A DNA stretch of 59,253 nt, filler included, from Candidatus Coatesbacteria bacterium (lineage in GTDB: Bacteria; JAFGND01): the NCBI GenBank assembly GCA_016927185.1. It is 3 parts of 3 records of this genome, joined end to end, with 100 filler letters (N's around TTAATTAATTAA, not from the genome) between each part and the next. Parts side by side here need not be neighbours in the genome. Positions count along the whole stretch, not along the records: positions 1 to 31,293 come from JAFGND010000008.1; positions 31,394 to 48,527 come from JAFGND010000048.1; 1 more part is not named here. One strand, 5' to 3'. Shown piece after piece: positions 28,474-38,219 of the stretch. Position numbers and translations under genes: made by a program. Below the pieces are notes generated by a model, which made no database searches, was not told the origin of the DNA, and was given only the letters and a program-made list of their open reading frames with translations. Every line of letters starts with the position of its first letter. Position 1 is the first letter of the stretch.

Positions 28474-29004
28474 CTACTTTTTTTCTTTTAACTTGTTTAG
28501 CCTGTTGTTGTTCCTTATTGCAGACAAAGGAGCATCAATAATTGAATAAATGTATGTACCAGATATAATTATTGCAACAGAACCAGTCAGGAAATTATCA
28601 GTTTTTGTTGAATCAGTTTCTCCAAGATAGTTTATCCCAAGTACAATAAGACCGGAATAAATAATTGTTCCGAAAATAATGCCTTTCTTGTAGTCACCAT
28701 TATAGAACTGTCCTGAAGAAGGCAATATGAAGGAACCTATCCCAGCTATCCATGGACTTCTCAGTTTAGATGAATCGTACAATTGTGTTGATTTTATTTC
28801 CTTGATTATTGATTTATCAATGAGGAATTCCTTGCCATCCCATGTTTTGAATAATATCTTGCCTTTTTCAGTAGTGGGAAAGCTTTTCCCCTTGAGGGTA
28901 ATTCCGTCAGTAAAAATTATCTGCTCTTCTTCTTCAAGCTTATATGCATGAATAAATGACATGAAAACAAGAATTATTAAAATTTCATACTTCAGCAATG
29001 TCAA
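28474..29004 (-). CDS. Hypothetical membrane protein (TM2/DUF5683-like C-terminal region)
   Basis: SPWIAGIGSFILPSSGQFYNG.YKKG ... YIYSIIDA motif. Start uncertain (TTG 29004, ATG 28962 or GTG 29064). Confidence 0.6.
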   Translation of the reverse strand: MTLLKYEILIILVFMSFIHAYKLEEEEQIIFTDGITLKGKSFPTTEKGKILFKTWDGKEFLIDKSIIKEIKSTQLYDSSKLRSPWIAGIGSFILPSSGQFYNGDYKKGIIFGTIIYSGLIVLGINYLGETDSTKTDNFLTGSVAIIISGTYIYSIIDAPLSAIRNNNRLNKLKEKK

Positions 29005-29005
29005 T

Positions 29006-29899
29006 TTAAATCCTTGGTTTTCTTGGGGCAAATGAAATCTCGCTAATATCTTTACTAAGAACACCTTGCTTCAAAGTTTCAATTCTGCCTTCCTCATTAA
29101 TTATTGTAATATCTGGTTCAAACAATCCTTTCAGGGAATTTCTCTCCTTGAAAGGTTGATCCTCTTTCACGAATAATCCATTATCAACGTATAGATGTTT
29201 CCCGCGGAGTGTTATTTTTTCCTGCGGGGTATGCCCGACAATCTGGGGAAACCTGTCTGAAATGTGATTTCTTGTCCAAACAGTATTGAAAACGGGATGA
29301 TCAAACTGTTTTTTTCTGTAAGCTTCTTCAAAAACATTATTCAGATTATTGGTGATTTCTATGACTGACATATCATCCCAACTCAATTGATTGATCAGCT
29401 CATCAGTAATTCCTGCATGTGTAAGAAGCCAGCCGAATTCTGAATGAGCAAGCTTAATCCTGCCAAGATTTACCCATTTAATTACAAGTGACCTGTATTT
29501 CCTCATATACTTGAACAGTGTATCAACAATCGCTTTCTCTTTTTGATTTCCTTTAATCAAACCTGTCACGAGTTGCAGGCAGTCATAGGATTTCAAAGAA
29601 AGTGACTTCCCTGTATCCTTTTTATAGAACTCCCTCAAGGATGATATTCTGTTATTGTAGATAATATGGAAATAGTCCTCCTGAAGATAGAATAGCTCAT
29701 GGTTACCAAGCAGAATTGTCATGTTATATTTCTTGAACATATCCTCCAGCATTTTGCAGACTTCTTCATGCTCGCCACCTCTATCCAGAAAGTCTCCTAC
29801 CTGTATTATCTTGTCTTCATCAGTTATCCGGATTTTATCAAGAAGCTTGAGGATATTGGAATGAGCATGAATATCACCGATCACGATTAATCTTTTCAT
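29006..29899 (-). CDS. Calcineurin-like metallophosphoesterase
   Basis: IGDIH, GDFLDRG, LGNHE, THAG, VGHTP. Confidence 0.88.
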   Translation of the reverse strand: MKRLIVIGDIHAHSNILKLLDKIRITDEDKIIQVGDFLDRGGEHEEVCKMLEDMFKKYNMTILLGNHELFYLQEDYFHIIYNNRISSLREFYKKDTGKSLSLKSYDCLQLVTGLIKGNQKEKAIVDTLFKYMRKYRSLVIKWVNLGRIKLAHSEFGWLLTHAGITDELINQLSWDDMSVIEITNNLNNVFEEAYRKKQFDHPVFNTVWTRNHISDRFPQIVGHTPQEKITLRGKHLYVDNGLFVKEDQPFKERNSLKGLFEPDITIINEEGRIETLKQGVLSKDISEISFAPRKPRI

Positions 29900-29908
29900 A
29901 TACAGCCT

Positions 29909-30889
29909 TTACAAATGGAGTTCAATAACATCACCTTCATTGAGAATATAATCTTTTGCAACCTGCTGACCTTCAAAGCAGACCTTTCCCCAAATCCTTG
30001 CAAATTTAAGATTTTCAGAGAAATCCTTGTGAACCGCTTGTGCAAAGTCCAGTAATGTGTCACCTTTTTTCATTACAAAAGGTTGATCCATATCTGGTTT
30101 CTTGCCAGGGATTTTTGAATAAACTCTCAAAATATTCAACAAATTGTAAATCTTTTCCTTAAATCCTTCATACTTCCCGGGATCAGTTGCTGAAAATTTC
30201 AAAACATCAACAGGTTTTGAAGCATCAACAAGAAGATTAAATAATTCCTCATCATAATTTATATCAAATTTTGTGCCAAGAACTAAAGCTGGTTTCGCAG
30301 GAAGAGTTTCAGCAACAGGATCATACTGAAGAAAACCAGGAATATTCAAATGATATGAATGGAGTTTGCTTTTCAGAAACTCAAGATCCGATAAGAAATC
30401 ACTTGTTAAATCAATTAATAACAGGTACAGATCTCCTCTCTTGACTATATCTGCAACCCAGGTTTCCATATATTCCTTGCTGAATGGAGGCAGATCAATA
30501 AGCTGGAAGAATATATCCTTATAGGGCATCATTGCAGGAAAGGGAATTCTTGTTGTATATTCATATTCAGCTACTTCTGTTTTTGAATTAGTGAATGCAG
30601 ATACGAGTGATGATTTTCCTGAATTTGGAAGTCCAATAACCGGGATTTGTCCTGCACCTTCCTTTGGTATTGTATATGTAAAACCTCGTTTCTTTGACTT
30701 ACTCGCTTCAAGTTCTGCTTTGAGTTTGGACATTCTTCTCTTGATATCTGCCTGCATCTTCTCAGTGCCTTTATGTTTGGGAAGAAGTGCCCACATTTCT
30801 TCAAGGGCAGCAATTTTTTCAGGCAATTCTTTTGCCTGAAAAAAGCGTTTTTCAGCATCAATATACATTGGACTGACGTTTGCAGGCAT
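29909..30889 (-). CDS. DRG/OBG-family GTPase with C-terminal TGS domain
   Basis: MPAN start, PKHKGTEK, GLPNSGKSS, YEYTT, DLPP, TKFD; TGS region VH.DF...LKFARIWG...GQ.V..D..L.EGDVIELH. Confidence 0.88.
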   Translation of the reverse strand: MPANVSPMYIDAEKRFFQAKELPEKIAALEEMWALLPKHKGTEKMQADIKRRMSKLKAELEASKSKKRGFTYTIPKEGAGQIPVIGLPNSGKSSLVSAFTNSKTEVAEYEYTTRIPFPAMMPYKDIFFQLIDLPPFSKEYMETWVADIVKRGDLYLLLIDLTSDFLSDLEFLKSKLHSYHLNIPGFLQYDPVAETLPAKPALVLGTKFDINYDEELFNLLVDASKPVDVLKFSATDPGKYEGFKEKIYNLLNILRVYSKIPGKKPDMDQPFVMKKGDTLLDFAQAVHKDFSENLKFARIWGKVCFEGQQVAKDYILNEGDVIELHL

Positions 30890-31086
30890 GAGCCAAGTCC
30901 CTTTTTATATATATCAATAAGTCAAGGATTTTATTGAAAATGCAACTGATTGAATGCATACAATGTCTTGCTTATAATTAATATATTTTGTGAATCTGAT
31001 TGACAAATATTGCATGATTGTATCTTAAATAATTATGAAATACAAAATGCAGAAACTCAATAAAAAGATAATCTAAGGAGCATAGA

Positions 31087-31293
31087 ATGCGCATCTTTAT
31101 AATGATTTTGGTGGGATTTTCGGTGCTTTGGGGAGAGCATTTCTGGTCAGATTTCAGAAGCAATTGCAGACAGGATGGACTTGCTAAATGTGTCGGCCCA
31201 AGGGATCCTAATTTTTTATGGGAAATTACTTTCAAACCAACAGGTAATAATGAAAGTACCCCAGAAAATAAAAGTATTGGATTCTATACCCCC
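31087..31293 (+). CDS. 5' fragment of a secreted (probable PQQ-like beta-propeller) protein, cut by the contig end
   Basis: AAGGAG RBS, signal peptide, W..FR.N.RQDG....GP....LWE N-terminal motif; paralog of 48628-48873. Confidence 0.7.
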
Positions 31294-31393
31294 NNNNNNN
31301 NNNNNNNNNNNNNNNNNNNNNNNNNNNNNNNNNNNNNTTAATTAATTAANNNNNNNNNNNNNNNNNNNNNNNNNNNNNNNNNNNNNNNNNNNN
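31294..31393. other. Artificial contig-joining spacer
   Basis: N44-TTAATTAATTAA-N44; the 12-mer puts stop codons in all six frames. Confidence 0.97.
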
Positions 31394-31838
31394 ATATCAT
31401 AACCCTGCCTTCATTCGGACATTGCCATTCTACTGTCTGATGAGAACCTACCTCCCAGCTCTCTCCTCCATTAGGCTTGATTACCTTTATATATTTTTTC
31501 TGTGCTATTGTGAAAGCTCTATTACTAGTATCCCAAGCATCATAATAACCATCATACCAATGCAATCTGACAAAACAGTTACTTGATGGGGTATCAGGAA
31601 TTGTCCATGGCCACTGGAAATCACCTGCCCATACATTCCTTGCAACAGTAGTCCAGGGTCCGCCTGAACCAGTTGTTGAATACATAACATCAACTCCCCC
31701 CATTTCTTCACAATAAGTCCATTTTACATATTCAATATCTCCAACATACCATACTTCACCTCCATTAGGCGCAACTACCTGTATGGAATAAACTTGTGTA
31801 ACAAGAATAAACAAAATTAGGAAAAGCAATTTTCTCAT
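31394..31838 (-). CDS. Secreted protein with tandem PNGGE Ig-like (Kre9/GPI-anchored-like) domains, 3'-truncated
   Basis: Signal peptide; V.APNGGE.W..G....V.W ... WTIPDTPS..C.VR, then a second PNGGE unit running into the gap. Confidence 0.75.
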
Positions 31839-31904
31839 ATACCACTCCTTTATTTGTTTATTCCCTTAAATTACTTGATATAAAAGTCAAGTAGATTATT
31901 GGAT

Positions 31905-32429
31905 TTAATCATTAGATTGTATTAATGAATAATCTTTCATGAATTTTGATACAATTATTGAACTTAATATTATCAAGGGAATTGATATCAACCATCTTAT
32001 TACAGTGAACTCAATTCCCAGATAAGTAGCTTCGAAAATTGTCATGGGAATTCTGCAAACGCATGATGTTCCTATGAAAGTCAATACAACTGGCATGCTT
32101 GCCCCTTTTTTGTGTAAGGTGACTGCTACAGGAAGAGAAACAGCGAGTCCTCCAACGATAGTGCTTGAAAGAAGGATTACCCAGAAATAACCTTTTATTC
32201 CACTTTCTTCACCAAGATGCTTCATTACTGTCTCTTTTTTCACCCATACTTCAAACAGCTTTGTAACTACGATTACAGGAGGCAATATTAATGCCATACT
32301 CAGCATATATTCCCAGAAATTCACTGCTATTTTCTTGCCGGGAGTGAAATTAATAATATATGAAAGAGTTATGAATAGACACCAGATGAAGGCCATTATA
32401 ATGAACTTGTATTTCTTCAGTACATTCAT
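31905..32429 (-). CDS. Permease half (DUF318/ArsP-like)
   Basis: Hydrophobic; EVWV.KE.VMKHLGEESG.KG, GG..V.LP.A..L.KKGA, IP...FE...LG..F...R. Confidence 0.75.
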   Translation of the reverse strand: MNVLKKYKFIIMAFIWCLFITLSYIINFTPGKKIAVNFWEYMLSMALILPPVIVVTKLFEVWVKKETVMKHLGEESGIKGYFWVILLSSTIVGGLAVSLPVAVTLHKKGASMPVVLTFIGTSCVCRIPMTIFEATYLGIEFTVIRWLISIPLIILSSIIVSKFMKDYSLIQSND

Positions 32430-32926
32430 AAAATCAATCCTATTATCAAGGCAATTATTATTGTAATAACAAAAGATACAATATTCCTGATTAATGCTAG
32501 TTTTGTCCCAAGATATTTTTTCTCCAGTGGAAATGTAAGAACCCCAACCAGCATCAATGAGTTAGTGAATGCTGCAATGACACTCCATGATACATTCATT
32601 TTCCGGAAAACAGATGCAAGAGGGAAAGCAATGAATCCGGGTATTGCAGCAATTGAACCGACTAACGCTGATACCAGGACACTCTTGAAATCCGAAGATG
32701 TTCCGATGAATTCCATAAGTCTTTCCTTTGAAAAAAAGAAAAGAGACAGTGATACGAGAATTATAATCAACAGAAAGAAACCTGCTATTTTCCTGAATTC
32801 ATTAAGTGTCTTTTCTAATGCAGTAATGGTTTTCTTTTTATCAACCCAAAAGGAAATTGCTATAAGTATTAATGCAATTGTATAGAAAATGACTGCCTGA
32901 AACAAAAACATCATGCCTTGTTTCAT
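32426..32926 (-). CDS. Permease half (DUF318/ArsP-like)
   Basis: DKKKT..AL, GSIAAIPGFIAFPLA, VG.LT.P.EKKYLG.K.A..RN; overlaps its partner by ATGA. Confidence 0.75.
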   Translation of the reverse strand: MKQGMMFLFQAVIFYTIALILIAISFWVDKKKTITALEKTLNEFRKIAGFFLLIIILVSLSLFFFSKERLMEFIGTSSDFKSVLVSALVGSIAAIPGFIAFPLASVFRKMNVSWSVIAAFTNSLMLVGVLTFPLEKKYLGTKLALIRNIVSFVITIIIALIIGLIL

Positions 32927-32997
32927 AATCTAATTGTTTTTTTCCAGATATTTCTAAGAATCCCCTTGACGTAACTTTCATAAAGTCAGGACATAAA

Positions 32998-34908
32998 ATG
33001 TATAATAATATGGATTTAACTCATCTGATACTCTGCAAAAGAAGAGATAATGACAAGATCATACAGTATTCCTGCAGTGAATCATTGCAGCCATGGGCAG
33101 ATATTATTGATGAGCTGAAAGCAGAAGTCCCAAGCTGGATAAGCACTTCAGAAAAAGAATATTATGCATTGTTCTGGTGTGATAAAACATGGGCTCATTG
33201 GGCTTTCCATATTCCAAAACCTGATGGTGAATATAAGGCATATATACCAATTTATCTTCTGAGAAGAAAACTATTCAGAAAACTCGCAGACTGGTCACTA
33301 GCTCTTGAGTGGCCTTCAGAAAATGTTGATTTGAAGGATCTTGAGGACTATTCCATTGCAGACATTATAAGACGGGATGATGATAATCGCGACAACAACA
33401 AATTCATAATGAGAGAGGATTTATTGAATAGATTCAGGACACTCTTCAATGAACAAGAAAACTTCGTGATATATTGCAGGAATGATGAAAGAGATTTCCT
33501 CAAGATCGCTCTGGAAAGAATTCCAATACCAGAAAGACATATGGCATCTTTCATAATGGCAAAAGATATTATGAGAAACAGTTCATTTAAAATCAATTTT
33601 GCTTCCGTGAAAACAGAAAACTCTTCCAGATATGAAAGCATTGCTCTTGATAAGGAATATAATGAAACAGATCACGCAAACAGCAAGACTGATGCATTCG
33701 ATAATACTGTTAGACTTGCAGAAGAGCTTTTCGTATTGCAGAGTGGCAAAGTAGATATTGATTTGAGGAAAGAGCTGATAAGGGTATTGAATCACCCAGG
33801 AGGACCTGAGAGGCTATTCAATCTTCTTGGCATCTATGATTTCCTCAAACATCCATTTCTCCTGTCGACTTTAGGACACAGTTTTTTCATGGAACATTCA
33901 GATGATATTTTAGCTGGATTGAAGGATATATGGCCAGAGCTTTCAATCAATGTGAGGAAGGATTATTTCAATTATCTGTATTCACAGCGACACATTACTC
34001 CAATGAAATGGCCTGATTTCCTTTCTGCAGCTTTGTTCGAGAATTTCATACATTGGGCTCCTCCTGCTGATGAATACAGAAACGAGAAAGCGCTCTTGAT
34101 AACAGATTATTTGCTAAAAAATAGCGGAGTAGATGAGGCAAGCTTGTTTTTAATGGCTCATTTCAGCAAGGAAGAGCAAAGCAATTTCAGTTCCCTGGTT
34201 CAGGAATTCAACATGCAAATGAATAATTATAAAGTTCCAGCCAGAAGAAGGCTGAAATCCCTGCTAGATATCTTTGTAAGTGGTTTTGGAGTACATAGCA
34301 GGACTTTTTCAAGAGGAGTTGAAGAGAAAATATACAATCTTCTTGAGCAGACAGTAATCTCAATAGAATGGTATGGAATTCAAATTAGAAACTTCTGGGA
34401 AGAAGAGATTCTGTCAAAAGAGGGCAGGGCATCATCCTGTTTTGAAGAAATACTGCTCGTTACATTGATAAAACAGGAAAACCTGGAATTTTATGAGGAA
34501 AAGGAGTTTTTTCTGGGACGATTAACCAGAATCCTTCCCAATATAACTCTGGAATTCAGCACTAATGAGATTCCCTTGAATACCATTTCACTTGAAGCCA
34601 GTCTTCAGACTCCATTCCTGCCGGAAAGTGTTTTTACTTATAATTTCCTGAGATTGACAGAAAATGAGCAAAAGCTTTTGCTACCACTTTTATGCAATCA
34701 GATAAGCTATTCTAATGAGGTATATTTTCCGACATTGCAGTTCTATATTGATGAAGCAGACATAGAAGCATTGATAATTATGGAGCAGAATTTGACAGAA
34801 GTTTATTCAAGAAAACTCAATCTCGAAAATGTAATAATTTCAAGACTTCCGATTGGAAAGAGAATATCAAAAAGTCTCAAGAAACATATAAAGGATATAC
34901 TTGGATAA
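32998..34908 (+). CDS. Large hypothetical cytoplasmic protein
   Basis: 636-aa ORF with normal codon usage, its own CTTGAC promoter and no signal peptide. No confident family. Confidence 0.75.
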   Translation: MYNNMDLTHLILCKRRDNDKIIQYSCSESLQPWADIIDELKAEVPSWISTSEKEYYALFWCDKTWAHWAFHIPKPDGEYKAYIPIYLLRRKLFRKLADWSLALEWPSENVDLKDLEDYSIADIIRRDDDNRDNNKFIMREDLLNRFRTLFNEQENFVIYCRNDERDFLKIALERIPIPERHMASFIMAKDIMRNSSFKINFASVKTENSSRYESIALDKEYNETDHANSKTDAFDNTVRLAEELFVLQSGKVDIDLRKELIRVLNHPGGPERLFNLLGIYDFLKHPFLLSTLGHSFFMEHSDDILAGLKDIWPELSINVRKDYFNYLYSQRHITPMKWPDFLSAALFENFIHWAPPADEYRNEKALLITDYLLKNSGVDEASLFLMAHFSKEEQSNFSSLVQEFNMQMNNYKVPARRRLKSLLDIFVSGFGVHSRTFSRGVEEKIYNLLEQTVISIEWYGIQIRNFWEEEILSKEGRASSCFEEILLVTLIKQENLEFYEEKEFFLGRLTRILPNITLEFSTNEIPLNTISLEASLQTPFLPESVFTYNFLRLTENEQKLLLPLLCNQISYSNEVYFPTLQFYIDEADIEALIIMEQNLTEVYSRKLNLENVIISRLPIGKRISKSLKKHIKDILG

Positions 34909-34936
34909 TATCTGAAGACTTGCTTTTTGAGAAAAT

Positions 34937-36049
34937 TTATTTCATTACATCATCAATAATATCCCTGGCAGCAAAAGGTTTGCTTGCATTTATTGCAGCA
35001 TTCTTCATATCCGAAAGCCTTGATGGATTTTCAATCAAGCTTTTCAGTTTATATGCTATAGATGAAGGATTATATGCCTTGATTCCAGCTCCTGATTCAA
35101 GAAGAAAAGTGGCATTTCTTTCTTCCTGTCCAGGAATTGGTGACACAACTATGATTGGAATGCCAACTGCAAGAGCTTCTGATGTTGTAAGTCCACCCGA
35201 TTTTGCTATCATCACATCACAGGATCTCATAAGTATTTCCATGTTTCTTGCAAAACCAACAGGCATGAGATTTGGATATATCTTTGCCAGTTTTTCGAGA
35301 GCTGAAAGTGTTTTATGGTTATTCCCGGCAACTGCAATTACCTTTATTCCGGGATTTACCTTGAAGCATTGCTCCGAGGCTATTACTATATTTCCTGTGC
35401 CTTCCCCACCTGAAGAAATAAGTACAACTTTATCCTCAGGGTTCAATCCCAGCTGTCTTCTTGCTTCTTCCTTTGTTGGCAGTGACAGGTATTTTGGATG
35501 AATGGGTATGCCTGTAACTCTTATCCTTGAATTAGAGACTTTCTTGTCTGATAAAATGTAAGCTACTTCTTCATTTGATACAAAGTATTTATCTATAAGG
35601 TTATCAACCCAGTATCTGTGAACATCATGATCTGTCACTACGCAATACAAGGGCACCTTGATCTTGTTTTTTTCTTTCAACCTTGTTATCATATGGACAG
35701 GAAAAAAGTGAGTTGCTATGATAGCATCTGGAGAGAATTTTTCTATTTCCTTCGATGCCTTCAAGGTATTCATGCTCCCTATCCAGTCATGGATTTCCTC
35801 TTCTATCTTTGAAGGAGGATTCTTTTCTGTCTGATCATAGAAATATCCCCAAAGTTCAGGTAAATGTTTTGCCATAAGGATATATGTTCCTGGATAGGTT
35901 TTCTTGAACAGAGGAGTTGCAAAATCCAGGATATCGAAATGCCTGAATTCACTGTCTTTATAAAGCATTTCCCCCTGTTTTTTAAGAGCTTCACTTGCAG
36001 CTTTATGACCTCCGCCAGCTCCTACCGAAATAATCAATATTTTTTTCAT
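34937..36049 (-). CDS. MGDG synthase/UgtP-like glycosyltransferase
   Basis: GGGHKAAS, THFFP, VVTDHDVH.YW, TGIPI, KSGGLTTSEAL, PIPGQEERNA. Confidence 0.9.
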   Translation of the reverse strand: MKKILIISVGAGGGHKAASEALKKQGEMLYKDSEFRHFDILDFATPLFKKTYPGTYILMAKHLPELWGYFYDQTEKNPPSKIEEEIHDWIGSMNTLKASKEIEKFSPDAIIATHFFPVHMITRLKEKNKIKVPLYCVVTDHDVHRYWVDNLIDKYFVSNEEVAYILSDKKVSNSRIRVTGIPIHPKYLSLPTKEEARRQLGLNPEDKVVLISSGGEGTGNIVIASEQCFKVNPGIKVIAVAGNNHKTLSALEKLAKIYPNLMPVGFARNMEILMRSCDVMIAKSGGLTTSEALAVGIPIIVVSPIPGQEERNATFLLESGAGIKAYNPSSIAYKLKSLIENPSRLSDMKNAAINASKPFAARDIIDDVMK

Positions 36050-36061
36050 TTTTTCCTCTAT

Positions 36062-36760
36062 TTATATTTTTGTCAATAATTCTGACAGACTTCCAATTCT
36101 CTCTATTTCCTGCAACTTATTATGGATTCCTCTCCTGTCAATCAGTATAGGTTTTATTCCTGCTTCCTTGCATCCATTTATATCCTTCAGGGGATCGTCT
36201 CCTATATATAAAATCTCTTCCTTTGGAATGGAGGGATGGTCTTTTAATGCTATTTCGAATATCTTTATGGAAGGTTTTTCTACTCCAACAGAGGCTGATG
36301 CAATAACAGGATTGAAGTAATCAAGAAGTTTGTTGCCTCTGAGAATGCTTTTCAGCCTGCTATCCCAATTGGAGACTATTCCCAGTTTAATGCCTCTTGC
36401 CAAAAGATTTTCTAAAGTTGATATTGTGTCAGGATATAGTATCCAGGCATCTGGATTTCCGAAACTATCATCCAGTTTTTCTGCAAATCCTTCAGGGAGG
36501 CTGTCAACCCCCAGTTCACTGAAAGTCTTGCTGACTATTATTGTCCAGAAATTCCTTGCTCCTCCCCAGTAAGAAAATCTGTCAATTCCGTAAGGTGTTT
36601 CTGAATCAACTTCCTTCCAGATCTTCAAATAGGCTTGCTGGCAATCTTCGCCGGAGACCTCAATTCCATATCTTATTGCGAATTCAGAATAAAACTGACC
36701 TATCTTCAGTCTTGGTTTGAGAAGTGTCCAGCCAACATCAAACAGGATAAGAGATATCAT
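36062..36760 (-). CDS. HAD-IA family hydrolase (REG-2/HDHD3-like)
   Basis: FDVGWTL, VSNWD, EKP..IF, IGDD..KD. Confidence 0.9.
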   Translation of the reverse strand: MISLILFDVGWTLLKPRLKIGQFYSEFAIRYGIEVSGEDCQQAYLKIWKEVDSETPYGIDRFSYWGGARNFWTIIVSKTFSELGVDSLPEGFAEKLDDSFGNPDAWILYPDTISTLENLLARGIKLGIVSNWDSRLKSILRGNKLLDYFNPVIASASVGVEKPSIKIFEIALKDHPSIPKEEILYIGDDPLKDINGCKEAGIKPILIDRRGIHNKLQEIERIGSLSELLTKI

Positions 36761-36903
36761 GCTCGCTTCAAGACAAATACCTTGTTTGTTTAGTCAAGAG
36801 GAATGAATAAATGCAAATAGCCCAATGCATGATCTATATAATCAAAGCTTCTTTATTCTGGATTAAACAAAAGCGTTTACAGTTTTTCAATGCATAAGAA
36901 TTC

Positions 36904-37635
36904 TTAGAAGCTTATTATCGTTCCAATTGAAACGAAATGTATCAAGGTGAAATTGTAGACTTCATCTACATCTGCACCACCTTCTATAAGTCTGTAACCT
37001 GCTTTTATGGCAAATTTCTCAGATCTGTTATACAAGAGACCCAGAAAAACATCTTCAGCTCGTCCCTGTTTTGCTGCAAGTGCATCACCCTCGAAAAGAA
37101 GCGAGAATGGATAAGCGAATTTATATTTGAAATCGAAATTTATGAGAGGAACAAATCCTGTATTGGTCTTTTCTGATTTCTGATTGTTTCCCTCTATGCT
37201 GATTGATGCATCCCTTATTTTTGCAGTTACACCCAGCGAAAGTGTGGCTTTTTCCTTTTCAAGCAATGAATATTGATAACCTGCTCTGTAAGAGTCAAAC
37301 CTGTACCTTGCTTCAAGGTCAGTATTTGCTGCAAATGTCCTGTCTTCAAAGAATATATCCCTGTCAAGTTTACCTTTTGCCTTCAGCCTTAATGGAGACG
37401 CAAAAAGCCAGAACTTATGTTTCTTGTTAAGTTTATAGATAAATTTAGCCCTGAAAAAATAACCGGGATCGGTTTTAAGCTCATCATAAAGAGAGAATTC
37501 TGTTCCAGTATCACCAGGTATTCTTACATCATTGTATCCGCTGAAAACAGCTCCGTTTTCAAAGTCTATGCCGAAAGAATTGTACGATAAATTGAACATA
37601 AAAAGAATTAACAACCAACTCATATTTGTTATCAC
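36904..37635 (-). CDS. Hypothetical outer-membrane beta-barrel protein
   Basis: Signal-like N-terminus, amphipathic beta strands, C-terminal Phe; YND.RIPG..GT.FSL and GYR..EGGAD.DEVYNF segments. Confidence 0.6.
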   Translation of the reverse strand: MITNMSWLLILFMFNLSYNSFGIDFENGAVFSGYNDVRIPGDTGTEFSLYDELKTDPGYFFRAKFIYKLNKKHKFWLFASPLRLKAKGKLDRDIFFEDRTFAANTDLEARYRFDSYRAGYQYSLLEKEKATLSLGVTAKIRDASISIEGNNQKSEKTNTGFVPLINFDFKYKFAYPFSLLFEGDALAAKQGRAEDVFLGLLYNRSEKFAIKAGYRLIEGGADVDEVYNFTLIHFVSIGTIISF

Positions 37636-37643
37636 TCCTTATT

Positions 37644-38219
37644 CTATTGTTCCTTCACAGTTATCACAACTGCTTTTCTCAGCACCCTGTCACCTTTGAT
37701 ATAACCATTCTTTACAACTTCTACTATTTCAAAAGGTTTCTTTCCAGGATTTTCAACAGCAGCAATTGCTTCATGAAAATTCGGATTTAATATCTGTCCA
37801 TAGGGTTTTATCGGTTTTATGTTAAGCTCCTTCATTCTTATTTCCGTATGTCTGTATAGGGATGATATCTGGTCTGCCAATGGATTATTGAAACTTGTTT
37901 TCGCAAATGTCTGAAGCTGCTCAATCAAGTCGAATATATCAAGAAGTTCATTCTGCATATTCTGTTCATCTTTTATAATTCTCTTGATATCAGATTTAAG
38001 GGCCCTTATTTGTTCCCTCTTATCCTCAACCTGTTCTTCCAGCAAATTCATTGCTTTCTTGAGCTCTTCATTGCTTTTACTGTCTATGGAAAGTTTGTCT
38101 GCAAATGCAGCATAAATATCATTTATCTGCTGAAGCAGGCTCTCTGCTATGTGAGGTTCTTCAACATTTTCCGCCATTTGTATTGGTTGAAGTGATTCTA
38201 TTTCCTTCTTGATGTCCAT
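37644..38219 (-). CDS. GrpE-like nucleotide exchange factor (divergent, stand-alone)
   Basis: C-terminal G...NPNFHEAI...IVEVVKNGY..GDRVLRKAVV motif plus an N-terminal coiled coil. Confidence 0.75.
   Translation of the reverse strand: MDIKKEIESLQPIQMAENVEEPHIAESLLQQINDIYAAFADKLSIDSKSNEELKKAMNLLEEQVEDKREQIRALKSDIKRIIKDEQNMQNELLDIFDLIEQLQTFAKTSFNNPLADQISSLYRHTEIRMKELNIKPIKPYGQILNPNFHEAIAAVENPGKKPFEIVEVVKNGYIKGDRVLRKAVVITVKEQ

Noticed and set aside
31087-31293. Diversity-generating retroelement TR/VR pair with 48628-48873
   Set aside because: Mismatches are not adenine-specific (C/T, TC/GG and others), they lie at the 5' end of the genes, and no reverse transcriptase is present.
31294-31393. 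TTAATTAATTAA palindrome between N-runs (also 48528-48627) as a biological site
   Set aside because: Both are identical 100-nt constructs with six-frame stops: an assembly linker. ORF-track entries ending inside them are artefactually terminated.
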